Shown: positions 30,627-40,109 of the stretch, one piece after another
Layout: each line of letters begins with the position of its first letter
Position numbering within the stretch: position 1 is the first letter of the stretch
Assembly (NCBI GenBank): GCA_947624085.1
Contig: CANQIK010000001.1
Location: 1,781-65,780, forward strand
Length of the DNA: 64,000 bases
Reading direction: 5' to 3'
From: an uncultured Bacilli bacterium
GTDB taxonomy: Bacteria; Bacillota_I; Bacilli_A; RF39; UBA660
Translations under genes and position numbers: made by a program
The notes under the pieces: model-generated
What the model saw: only the letters and a program-made list of their open reading frames with translations
Told to the model about the DNA's origin: nothing
Databases searched by the model: none

Positions 30627-31583
30627 TTAATTTTTATAATAAGTTAAATATTCTTCTAAAGTTAAATTATTTTCATAAATAAAAGTTGCTACATCTTTGC
30701 CAACATAGCGATAGTGCCATTGTTCAGCACTTTGTCCTGTAATATATTCTTTTCCTGCTATATATCTTTCAATAAAGCCATATTTATGAGCGTTTTCATG
30801 AATCCACGCATAAGCATCACTTTCAGGAAAAGTAGCTCTTGTTAAAGCCCCTTTAGCAAAGATATCTAAAGCAAGACCTGTTGTATGTTCATTAGAGCCA
30901 GGTCTTAAAACATTAGTATCGGCATATACTAAACCGTTTTCATCTTTGGCCTTATTATAAGCTTTTTCATGTTCACTATAAGGATAATAAGCAAAATTAA
31001 CAATAAGATAATATCCTGCATCATTAGCATCATTCCACATATTTAAGTAGTTATCCCATACTTCTTTCTTTATTTCAAAACCATCCCCATAGAAATATTT
31101 TTTATTAGTAACACTAATTAAATCTTCAGGGACAAAAGTGCTATCTAAAAGGTAATATTTATTAACTAAGATTTCATTATCTAAATCATAATCAACTTTA
31201 ACAGGAGCTTCATATTCTTCATAATCAAGATTTAAATTAACATACTCAATAGCGGTCTTTTCATCCGTCCGGTTTTTTTCCATAAAAGATAGATAGCGCT
31301 CATGATTTTCATGAATATAATGTTCATTATTTAGTAGTTTTAGCAAGTCTTCATCTTTCTTTTCATTAAGAAAGTTATTTAATTCTTTTTCTTGATAATA
31401 TTTTTTTAAAAGATCTATTTCTTTTTTAGTATAACCAACTTTTTCTAGTTTATATTCAATAGTATTTTCTAATTCATATTTATCATGAACTTTATTAAAA
31501 GCTATAATACCTATGGTTCCAAAGATGATTAAAACAAGAATAATCCATACTTGTTTTTTAAGTTTTAATCTTTTCTTTTTCAT
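30627..31583 (-). CDS. D-alanyl-D-alanine carboxypeptidase family protein (VanY / peptidase M15B)
   Basis: N-terminal TM anchor, with SNEHTTGLALDI and EQWHYRYVG zinc-peptidase motifs. Confidence 0.85.
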   Translation of the reverse strand: MKKKRLKLKKQVWIILVLIIFGTIGIIAFNKVHDKYELENTIEYKLEKVGYTKKEIDLLKKYYQEKELNNFLNEKKDEDLLKLLNNEHYIHENHERYLSFMEKNRTDEKTAIEYVNLNLDYEEYEAPVKVDYDLDNEILVNKYYLLDSTFVPEDLISVTNKKYFYGDGFEIKKEVWDNYLNMWNDANDAGYYLIVNFAYYPYSEHEKAYNKAKDENGLVYADTNVLRPGSNEHTTGLALDIFAKGALTRATFPESDAYAWIHENAHKYGFIERYIAGKEYITGQSAEQWHYRYVGKDVATFIYENNLTLEEYLTYYKN

Positions 31584-31687
31584 GTTAGACTCCTCAATTT
31601 AATTATATCTTTTTTTAAGTGATTTTCAACTTTTTCTTTACAAATTAATGGTAGTATTGTATTATTTAGTTAAGGTAGTGATAATAA

Positions 31688-32047
31688 ATGAGCGAGAACA
31701 AGCAAATATTAAAGTACTGTCCTAATTTTTATAATATTATTAATTTTAATCCTTTACAAGAGGATCAATTATCCGATAAGATTATTAAGATTTATCAAGA
31801 ATATATCTTTAAAATAAATCTTAATAATGCGGAAGAAGTAGCTAAAGTAAAAGAGCTTGATGAAGCTGTAGCTAAATACATTAACGATTATTCTTTTCGT
31901 AGCGAAGTTCAAAAACAAATTGTTAATGTTAGAGTTAAAAGTACTTGCAAAGATGTTCTTAGATTCTTTATTGATGTTATCATTAAAATATTTACTAATT
32001 ATCAAGATTATACGACTAGAGTTATTTATGTCTCTCGCTGGATATAA
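31688..32047 (+). CDS. Hypothetical protein (119 aa)
   Basis: ORF with a weak RBS (AAGGTAGTGA). Its 3' end overlaps the gerAB-like 3' end by 26 nt. No motif. Confidence 0.3.
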   Translation: MSENKQILKYCPNFYNIINFNPLQEDQLSDKIIKIYQEYIFKINLNNAEEVAKVKELDEAVAKYINDYSFRSEVQKQIVNVRVKSTCKDVLRFFIDVIIKIFTNYQDYTTRVIYVSRWI

Positions 32048-32999
32048 ATAACTTTTTTATTAGACTAAAACTAAAGATTACAATAAAGATTAAAGCTATT
32101 AAACCAAGATGTTTATGAAGTATTAAGATAGGATAATATTTATTAACAAGTAAAAGGTTAGTAAGAGTCGGAGTTAATATAATAATACTATAAAAGATAG
32201 GTTTATTATTAACTTCTTTTTTTAGTCTTTTAAAAGTGAGCGTTAGAAAAACAAAATAGTCTAAATACCATATTGTACTTAAAATATTTTCAAAGTTTTC
32301 TATAAAGTTAAACAAACGAATTCTTTTTAATAGAATATATTCTGGGAAACGATATATTTTAGCTACTTCGGGTGTTAAAACCGTTAGAACAAGGAAACAA
32401 ATCATAGAACATATTAAACTGGAAAATAAATAACATTTAATATGTTTTTTAACTGGTAAATTATCTTCATTAACTAAAATATGGGGAATAGTAGAAAGCG
32501 TAGCATATATAAAAGTTCCTTTAATAATTGAAGTTAGTTTACTAGTGAAAAAAGGAGTAAGACTTGCTAATTTAACATAACTAAATAATGATATAAAAGA
32601 TATTCCTAAAGTAAAAAGACTTAGAATAAATAGAATTACGGATGTATATTTAATTACTTTATAATCTTTATAAGAGGCATATAAACAAAGAATTATACTA
32701 GTTGCAATAATAATCCATTTAGGAGTTTCTAAAAGGAAGAAATCATTAATAAATACCTCTATAGTATAAGTACTTATAATAATAAAGAGAATATATAATA
32801 ATATTTTAATAATCCGGTAGAATTTATTATTTAATTTAGCCTTGTTTAAAAGAAAAATGAAAAAGACACCGACAATATTCCCTAAGATGAGACATATTAA
32901 AGCATCTGAGCCCGTCATACCGATGATAGGAGCTAAGATATTACCTAGAAAGATAGGTCTTGTTAAAAAATAGACTAGAGAAAAATCTTCTTTATTCAT
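32022..32999 (-). CDS. Spore germination protein, GerAB-type transporter-like subunit
   Basis: Polytopic membrane protein that is last in the A-C-B operon. ATG 32999 overlaps the gerAC-like stop (ATGAATAA). Confidence 0.7.
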   Translation of the reverse strand: MNKEDFSLVYFLTRPIFLGNILAPIIGMTGSDALICLILGNIVGVFFIFLLNKAKLNNKFYRIIKILLYILFIIISTYTIEVFINDFFLLETPKWIIIATSIILCLYASYKDYKVIKYTSVILFILSLFTLGISFISLFSYVKLASLTPFFTSKLTSIIKGTFIYATLSTIPHILVNEDNLPVKKHIKCYLFSSLICSMICFLVLTVLTPEVAKIYRFPEYILLKRIRLFNFIENFENILSTIWYLDYFVFLTLTFKRLKKEVNNKPIFYSIIILTPTLTNLLLVNKYYPILILHKHLGLIALIFIVIFSFSLIKKLFISSERHK

Positions 33000-34071
33000 A
33001 TTTAGCCTCATATGTAAAGCCATTACGATTAATATTAAGCTTTACTTCAATATCGACATCATGATTAAAGAAATAATCACGATCTTTTTTCTTGGTTTTC
33101 TTATAGTACTTATTAGCTATACCTAAAGGATCGGTATGGGTAGCTTTTAAATCACTTATTAAAGATGAATATTTATCATGCGCAATTTTAATAAAATCAT
33201 CATTTAATTTAGGATATATATCTTCATTTTTTAAATTAAAATTAGGTTCATTAAGTTTTATTTCAGCATTAAGATTTATTACTAATTTAACTTTATTATC
33301 TTCATATTCATAGTTTACTTTAGTTTTATATATATTTATGGCAAAATTTTTATCATCATATTCTTTCGTAAGTAAATAATTACTTTCTTTATTTATTAAG
33401 GAAGCTAGAAGATAGGAATTTTCTTTATCTAAACTAGTTATATATTTACCATCTTTAAAAAGACTAATGCCATCGACTGTTAAAGTTTTATCATCTTTTT
33501 TCTTGATTGTGGTTATCGTTGTATCAATGCCATAGGTTGAGTATGTTTCAAGATTATCAGTAAATGTATTAGTAAAGATAATATTTTGACTCTTATAAGA
33601 ATATTCAATTAAATCAGTAAGGGTATTTGCAACACTTTCTCCAGACTCTGGTTTAATTTTTAGAATATCTTTTGCTTCAGTATCTTTGGCTAAAAGAAGA
33701 TAAAAATTGTTACTTATCTGGGGATTTCTTGTTATGTAATCTAGTAAATCTTTAGTACCATTATAGCCAGCATTTTCACTTATAACAACAACTCGTAAAT
33801 GAAAATAATTAGGCATTGTATTAATGCTCAAGGGTGCATTAGCAAAAGCCTCGGCAATGGTCTTTCCTGAAGCGGTAACCGTATATGGTTTAATTTTTCC
33901 TGATTCGGTATCATAGTTTTGCCCTGCTAAAATTTCAAAAGTTAATTCATATTTCTCATCATAATCAATTCCTATTGCGGTTATAAAGGCAAGTTTATCA
34001 ACTTCTTTATAATCCGAACAGCCACATATAAAAAAGGGTAGTAATAATATTAAGAAAATTATTTTTTTCAT
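32992..34071 (-). CDS. Spore germination lipoprotein, Ger(x)C family
   Basis: Lipobox LLLPFFICGC, about 360 aa. ATGA overlap with the upstream GerAA-like gene. Confidence 0.8.
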   Translation of the reverse strand: MKKIIFLILLLPFFICGCSDYKEVDKLAFITAIGIDYDEKYELTFEILAGQNYDTESGKIKPYTVTASGKTIAEAFANAPLSINTMPNYFHLRVVVISENAGYNGTKDLLDYITRNPQISNNFYLLLAKDTEAKDILKIKPESGESVANTLTDLIEYSYKSQNIIFTNTFTDNLETYSTYGIDTTITTIKKKDDKTLTVDGISLFKDGKYITSLDKENSYLLASLINKESNYLLTKEYDDKNFAINIYKTKVNYEYEDNKVKLVINLNAEIKLNEPNFNLKNEDIYPKLNDDFIKIAHDKYSSLISDLKATHTDPLGIANKYYKKTKKKDRDYFFNHDVDIEVKLNINRNGFTYEAKYE

Positions 34072-35462
34072 TTGCGCTCCTTTACGGTATTGCTTGATAG
34101 TTTTTTACTACGATATTTATTATATTTAGCTAGAATAAATTCGGAAAAATAAGGTTTATCAAAAGGAGCTAAAGGGAAAGTATAGGGATATCCTATTGAT
34201 TTAGTATCACATAGATTAATAAAGAAAAAGATAACGCCTAAGACAAGACCATATAGTCCTAAAAAGCTTGCTAGAAAGATTAAAAAGAACCGATAATAGC
34301 GCATCATATTACTTATTTCGGGGTCAGAAAATATTAAAGAAGATACATAGGTAAAAGAGCAAATGATAATCATAATTGGCGATACTAATCCCGCACTAAC
34401 GGCTGCGTCTCCTAAAACAAGAGCGCCTAAAAGGGAGGCTGCCGAACCATATTTTGACGGGAAACGTAAATCACTTTCTCTTAAAATTTCACAAATAATA
34501 AGCATAACAATACACTCAACTAAAGCTGGGAAGGGTATTTTACTGCGCTGTGAGGCAAAGTTGATAATAAGACTGGTTGGAATGGCTTCTTGATTATAGT
34601 TAATAACCGCAATATAAAAGGCCGGAACGACAATTGAGCATATGAAGCAAATCATTCTAATCAATTTAGTAAAATTAATATTGTAATTATTATTATATTT
34701 ATCGGTAAAAGGATTAATAAAGTCAATTAGAAAGGCCGGAACAATTAATGCTGTCGGAGAATTATCACAAATAATAACAATCTTACCTTCGGCTAAAGCT
34801 TCGGCACAGCGGTCTGGTCTTTCGGTGCTTATTACTGTAGGAAATAAATCTTTACTAGCACTTAAATATTTAATTAAACTTTCCGAAGAATTTAAAATAT
34901 CAATATCTATTTTACTGAGAATATCGTAAACTTTAGTAACATTTTCCGCTTTAGCAACATTATCAAGATATAAAATACCTACATTATTACTTGATAGTCT
35001 ACCAAGGGAAATATTCTTCGTTTTAAAATGTTTAGTTTTAAGTCTTCTTTTAATAAGGCCTAGGTTAGTTTGATAGTTTTCGACAAAGGCATTCTTTGGC
35101 CCATTTATCGCCGGTTCATTTTCATTAGTTGAAAGTCCCCGGTTAATATCAGCTTTTGTTTCAATTGCATAAATATTTTTATTAGCAATGATAACGCTAT
35201 AGCCATCATAGAGATATTTTTCAGCCTCGGGTAAATCTTGTAATTTTTTTATTTTACTGCCGGGAATAGCCGATTCAAAATCTATAAGACTTTTAACACT
35301 CGTTAATTTCTTTAAAATATATTCATTTATCTTATCTTGACTGCATAAAGACTCAAGATAAAAAATATAAACCTTATGAAGAGGATTTACATTAATATGC
35401 TTGATGACTAAATCAGGATCATTTTGAAATTCCTTTTGAATATATTCTAATGCTTTTTTCAT
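34068..35462 (-). CDS. Spore germination protein, GerAA-type subunit
   Basis: 464 aa, with a soluble N-terminal domain followed by a C-terminal cluster of 4-5 TM segments. It is first in the operon with the C and B subunits. Confidence 0.85.
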   Translation of the reverse strand: MKKALEYIQKEFQNDPDLVIKHINVNPLHKVYIFYLESLCSQDKINEYILKKLTSVKSLIDFESAIPGSKIKKLQDLPEAEKYLYDGYSVIIANKNIYAIETKADINRGLSTNENEPAINGPKNAFVENYQTNLGLIKRRLKTKHFKTKNISLGRLSSNNVGILYLDNVAKAENVTKVYDILSKIDIDILNSSESLIKYLSASKDLFPTVISTERPDRCAEALAEGKIVIICDNSPTALIVPAFLIDFINPFTDKYNNNYNINFTKLIRMICFICSIVVPAFYIAVINYNQEAIPTSLIINFASQRSKIPFPALVECIVMLIICEILRESDLRFPSKYGSAASLLGALVLGDAAVSAGLVSPIMIIICSFTYVSSLIFSDPEISNMMRYYRFFLIFLASFLGLYGLVLGVIFFFINLCDTKSIGYPYTFPLAPFDKPYFSEFILAKYNKYRSKKLSSNTVKERK

Positions 35463-35548
35463 GTTATTATTATGGAATAATTAGTAAAAGTTATAATATT
35501 ATTTGAGAATAAATTAAAAATATATTATAGTAGTATCTAGGTGGATTT

Positions 35549-36745
35549 ATGAAAGCAGTAATTGAAAAACTAGATCATTTAGGAAATGGCATTTGTTATG
35601 TTAATGATAAGATTTGCTTTGTGCCTAAATGTATTCCTGGTGATGAGGTTGACATAAAAATAATAAAAAAAAATAAAAATTATGCCCATGCTAAATTGGT
35701 TAAACTTATTAATCCTGCTAAAAATCATGTTTTACCTTTTTGTCCATATTTTTATGATTGTGGCGGTTGTCAAATCCAAAACTTAAGTTATGAAAAAAGC
35801 CTTGAATATAAAGAAAAAAGAGTTAACGAAATCTTGCAAAGAGAAGTGTCCCTTCCTCCTATAGAGGTTATAGCTAATAAAAATCCTAAAAATTATCGTA
35901 ATAAAATTGAACTTAAAGTTGAAAATGGCGAAATAGGCTTTTATGAAAACCAAAGTCATAAAATGATACCTATAACATCCTGTCCTATAACTAAAGAAGC
36001 TATTAATCGGTTTATTAAAGAATTAAAACTTATGAACATAACTAATGGGAGTGTTACAATTAGGTGTAATTATAATGATGAACTGCTTATTAATATTATA
36101 AGTAGTGATGAGCTAAAGCTAAATGAAGAAAACTATCCGGCTTTAAAAGTAGTAGGTATTATTTTAAATGATAAAACTATTTATGGCGAAAATCATTTTA
36201 TTGATATAATTAATAATTATTATTTTGATATATCTTATGACGCTTTCTTTCAAGTAAATAGTTATATTAATAACAAACTTTTTGCTTTGGTTGAAGAAAA
36301 TGTAACAGGCGATGTTGTTTTAGATTTATATTCGGGCGTTGGAACTCTCAGTATCATTGCTAGTAAAACATCACAAAAGGTATATTCAATAGAATGTGTG
36401 CCTAATGCTGTTTTAAATGCTATTAAAAATGCTAAAATCAATAACTGCCAAAATATTCAATTTATGCTTGGTAATGTTGAAGATAAAATAAAATATATTA
36501 ATGAACATATCGATACGGTTATCGTTGACCCACCTCGTAAGGGACTTGATGATATGACAATCCAAAAAATTCTTGAATTAAAACCCCATAAAATTATATA
36601 TATTTCATGTGATACAGATAGTTTGGCAAATAATTTAAAGAAACTTAAAAAAGATTATAATTTAGAAAAATTATATATTTTGGATATGTTTAGCTATAGC
36701 TATCATGTGGAATGTTTCTGTGTTTTAACCTTAAATAATAATTAA
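35549..36745 (+). CDS. 23S rRNA (uracil-C5)-methyltransferase, RlmD/RumA family
   Basis: TRAM-like N-terminus, a Cys cluster (CPYFYDCGGCQ ... C), FFQVN, and the SAM-binding motifs LDLYSGVGT and DPPRKG. Confidence 0.85.
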   Translation: MKAVIEKLDHLGNGICYVNDKICFVPKCIPGDEVDIKIIKKNKNYAHAKLVKLINPAKNHVLPFCPYFYDCGGCQIQNLSYEKSLEYKEKRVNEILQREVSLPPIEVIANKNPKNYRNKIELKVENGEIGFYENQSHKMIPITSCPITKEAINRFIKELKLMNITNGSVTIRCNYNDELLINIISSDELKLNEENYPALKVVGIILNDKTIYGENHFIDIINNYYFDISYDAFFQVNSYINNKLFALVEENVTGDVVLDLYSGVGTLSIIASKTSQKVYSIECVPNAVLNAIKNAKINNCQNIQFMLGNVEDKIKYINEHIDTVIVDPPRKGLDDMTIQKILELKPHKIIYISCDTDSLANNLKKLKKDYNLEKLYILDMFSYSYHVECFCVLTLNNN

Positions 36746-36788
36746 AACAGAGATTTCAAACATAAAGGTTCACTTTTATTTTATATAT

Positions 36789-37910
36789 TTATTTAGGATA
36801 TACACTAGTAATACCGAGATATTCTTCTAAAGTAAGCCAATTACCATTATTATAAAGTTTTTCGGCCAGGTCTTTACCAACATATCTTATATGCCAAGGC
36901 TCATACATATATCCTGTAATATCTTCTTTGCCTTTAGGGTAACGAATAATAAACCCATATTTATAACAATTAGCACTTAACCATTTACCCTCGGGAGTAT
37001 TTTCCCAATTTTGGTCTAAACTATTAACGTCAATAGCTAATCCTGATTGATGTTCTGAATACCCTGGTCTTGCCGAATAAGTATCAGCCATTAATTGCCC
37101 ATCTCTAGCAACATAATCATTATAAATAATCTTTTGGTCAATATAAGAACGATATGAATTTAAAGTATAAATATTAAAATCTTCTTTTAAAGCGCCTTGC
37201 CGTAATAAATCATAGGCTTTATTGGCTTCTTGATTAAACCCTGGCGCATAGTCACTAGGTAAAGGATAGGTCTTGTTAGCAATTAAAATACCATCGACAT
37301 AAGTAACACCATTTATAACTTCAATAGTATATCCTTTAGGGGATTTACCAAGAACATAGTTATCATTTGATGATGGTAGATTCCCTGAGGCAAAAGGAAT
37401 AGTTGTCGTTATATTTGCAACAACCTCTAAAGTAAATTCTTCTTTTGTAGTATTACCACTTTCATCAGTTGCTTCATAATAAAGATTATATTTGCCTGTT
37501 TTACTAAGGTCATAATCACCTTTAACGACAGGCGTAATATCTTTTTGAGAATTATCAATTACTTTAATATCTTTTAATAAATCTATTTTCTCATTAACGC
37601 CTATTTGTAAATCTTTAACTCCTATTATAGTAGGAGCTTCTAAATCATCGATAATAAGTTTAATTTTATATACTTTGTTATGAACTTTAAAACTACCTTC
37701 ATAAGAACCTTTTTTACTTGAATCAATATTATCCCATGTAATAGAAGATTCTTTATTATCATTGTAAGTAATTTTACTAGGTAGTTTATCATTTAAGTTA
37801 ATTACTAAAGTATCTTGATAAGTTATTTTGTTATTAAAGATAAAATAATAAACTACAATAATAGCTATTACTAAAATAATTATTAAAAAGATTAAAAAAG
37901 ACTTCTTCAT
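36789..37910 (-). CDS. VanY/M15B D-Ala-D-Ala carboxypeptidase family protein with an Ig-like (DUF5011-type) domain
   Basis: TM anchor, EAPTIIGVKDLQIGVNEKIDLL...YNLYYEATDESGN, then SEHQSGLAIDV and EPWHIRYVG. ATG 37910 follows GAGG. Confidence 0.8.
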   Translation of the reverse strand: MKKSFLIFLIIILVIAIIVVYYFIFNNKITYQDTLVINLNDKLPSKITYNDNKESSITWDNIDSSKKGSYEGSFKVHNKVYKIKLIIDDLEAPTIIGVKDLQIGVNEKIDLLKDIKVIDNSQKDITPVVKGDYDLSKTGKYNLYYEATDESGNTTKEEFTLEVVANITTTIPFASGNLPSSNDNYVLGKSPKGYTIEVINGVTYVDGILIANKTYPLPSDYAPGFNQEANKAYDLLRQGALKEDFNIYTLNSYRSYIDQKIIYNDYVARDGQLMADTYSARPGYSEHQSGLAIDVNSLDQNWENTPEGKWLSANCYKYGFIIRYPKGKEDITGYMYEPWHIRYVGKDLAEKLYNNGNWLTLEEYLGITSVYPK

Positions 37911-38025
37911 ATACAACCTCAATTGTTAATTTAATTATAGTATAATTTTTGTCACTTATATAAACTAATCTTTTTTCTTATGTAAAGTTTTGTTATAATT
38001 AATTTGTTATGAAAAGGGAGGACAT

Positions 38026-38913
38026 ATGAATTATATAGTCAATTTCTTAAGGGGATTTCTTATGGCTTTAGCTGATAGTGTACCCGGCGTTTCCGGAGGT
38101 ACGATTGCCTTTGTTTTAGGCTTTTATGATAATTTTATTACGGCTTTAGATGATTTATTTCGGGGCAATTTCAAAAAGAAAAAAGACGCGTTTTGCTATC
38201 TTTTCAAAATTGGCATAGGTTGGGTAGTAGGTTTTATTATTGCTGCCTCTTTCTTAACATCTTTATTTGAAAATCATATTTATGGCTTATCATCTTTATT
38301 TTTAGGTTTTATTATCATATCTTTACCTTACATTATTAAAGAAGAATATAAAACTTTAAAAGGCAAATATTATAATATTATTTGGTTTTTTGTTGGTCTT
38401 TTATTTGTTGTAGGGATTACTTTACTTAATGGGACTGATATTTTAAATATTAATTTAGCTGAGCCCAATTTCATGAGTTATGTTTATACTTTCTTGGTAG
38501 CAGCGCTTGCTATTTGTGCAATGGTTTTACCAGGTATTTCTGGCTCAACGATATTACTAATCTTTGGCATATATGTACCAATTATGGCTAAGGTTAAACT
38601 TTTATTTAGTTTCGATTTTTCGGTTTTACCGATTTTGATTATTTTTGGCTTAGGCGTTATTTTTGGCATATTTTCTTTTGCTAAAGTCGTTCGTAAAAGT
38701 TTAGATAAAAATCGGGGAGCGGTTGTTTACGGTATTATTGGTATGATGGTTGGTTCCTTATATGCTATTGTAATGGGACCTACTACTTTAGAAAATGCTT
38801 TACCAATGCTTACATCAAATAGCTTTAATTTACCAATGTTTATTTTAGGAGTTGTTATTATTGTTGCTCTTGAAGAAGGTAAAGCTTTACTTGCCAAAAA
38901 AAGGATTAAATAA
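38026..38913 (+). CDS. DUF368 membrane protein (PopT-type candidate undecaprenyl-phosphate translocase family)
   Basis: Duplicated signature ADSVPGVSGGTIAF / VLPGISGSTILL in a polytopic protein. Confidence 0.85.
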   Translation: MNYIVNFLRGFLMALADSVPGVSGGTIAFVLGFYDNFITALDDLFRGNFKKKKDAFCYLFKIGIGWVVGFIIAASFLTSLFENHIYGLSSLFLGFIIISLPYIIKEEYKTLKGKYYNIIWFFVGLLFVVGITLLNGTDILNINLAEPNFMSYVYTFLVAALAICAMVLPGISGSTILLIFGIYVPIMAKVKLLFSFDFSVLPILIIFGLGVIFGIFSFAKVVRKSLDKNRGAVVYGIIGMMVGSLYAIVMGPTTLENALPMLTSNSFNLPMFILGVVIIVALEEGKALLAKKRIK

Positions 38914-40109
38914 TGAAAACTGTTGTCATAGGTGGGGGAGCTTCCGGCATAATAGGAGCTTTAAAAGCAAGTGAACATGATGAAGTAATTATTCTCGAAA
39001 AAAACGATAAACTAGGTAAAAAGCTTTTATTAACAGGTAATGGGCATTGTAATTATTGGCACCAAAATATTGATGTTAGTGCCTATGAAACTGATAGCAA
39101 AGAGGTATTAACAAATATTTTAACTCCAGTTAATATTAATAAAGTATTTAATTATTTATTATCAATAGGGATTTATCCTAAAGAAAAAGAGGGCTTATTA
39201 TATCCTTATTCAAATCAAGCATATAGTTTTAGGGAAGTGCTTGAGCAAAATATTCAAAAAAACCATATTAAGGTTATCTATAATGCTTATGTAAAAGATA
39301 TAAAAAAAGAAGATAATAAGTTTATAATTAGCTTTAATGAAGAAACATTAACTTGTGATAAAGTGATAATTAGTACAGGTTCTAAAGCCTATCCTAAAAC
39401 AGGTAGTACGGGCGACTTTTATCCAATACTGGCAAACCTTGGCCATAAATTAAATCCTGTATATCCGGCTTTAACAAGTCTTAAATGCCAAGGTGATTTT
39501 ATGAATATTTGGTCAGGTATTAGGACTGAGGCTCGGGTTAGTATTTATGTTCAAGATAAATTAAAAAAAGAAGAAGTAGGTGAGGTTCAATTAACTGATT
39601 ATGGCATAAGTGGCGTTTGTGTTTTTAACTTAAGTAGTATTGCTTCCGCACATTTATCAGAAAATGTTAAGATAAAGCTTAATTTTTTGCCTTATGTAAA
39701 AGATTTTTCATCATGGCTTTTACAAAGAAGTAATTTACTGCCAAATTATACTTTAGAAGAAATATTTGAAAGTGTCTTCAGTTATAAATTAAATAGTATT
39801 TTCTTTCATCAAGCCAAAATTAATCCCAAAGCATATTATAAAAGCCTTACTACTAGTGAAATAAAAGCTCTTGAAAATGCCATTACTAACTTTACCCTTG
39901 ATATAATTGATACGGGGGATTTTGCTAAGGCTCAAGTATGTAAAGGAGGCATTTCTTTAATGGATATTAATCCTTTAACTATGGAGTCTAAAGTAATAAG
40001 TAATTTGTATATTACGGGGGAACTTCTTGATGTAAACGGTATATGTGGAGGCTATAATTTAGCTTTTGCCTTTATTTCAGGCTTTATCGCAGGGGATTAT
40101 CATGCTTAA
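38913..40109 (+). CDS. HI0933/BaiN-like NAD(P)/FAD-dependent oxidoreductase
   Basis: VVIGGGASGIIGA dinucleotide motif and GKKLLLTGNGHCN. TAATG overlap with the DUF368 gene. Confidence 0.85.
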   Translation: MKTVVIGGGASGIIGALKASEHDEVIILEKNDKLGKKLLLTGNGHCNYWHQNIDVSAYETDSKEVLTNILTPVNINKVFNYLLSIGIYPKEKEGLLYPYSNQAYSFREVLEQNIQKNHIKVIYNAYVKDIKKEDNKFIISFNEETLTCDKVIISTGSKAYPKTGSTGDFYPILANLGHKLNPVYPALTSLKCQGDFMNIWSGIRTEARVSIYVQDKLKKEEVGEVQLTDYGISGVCVFNLSSIASAHLSENVKIKLNFLPYVKDFSSWLLQRSNLLPNYTLEEIFESVFSYKLNSIFFHQAKINPKAYYKSLTTSEIKALENAITNFTLDIIDTGDFAKAQVCKGGISLMDINPLTMESKVISNLYITGELLDVNGICGGYNLAFAFISGFIAGDYHA

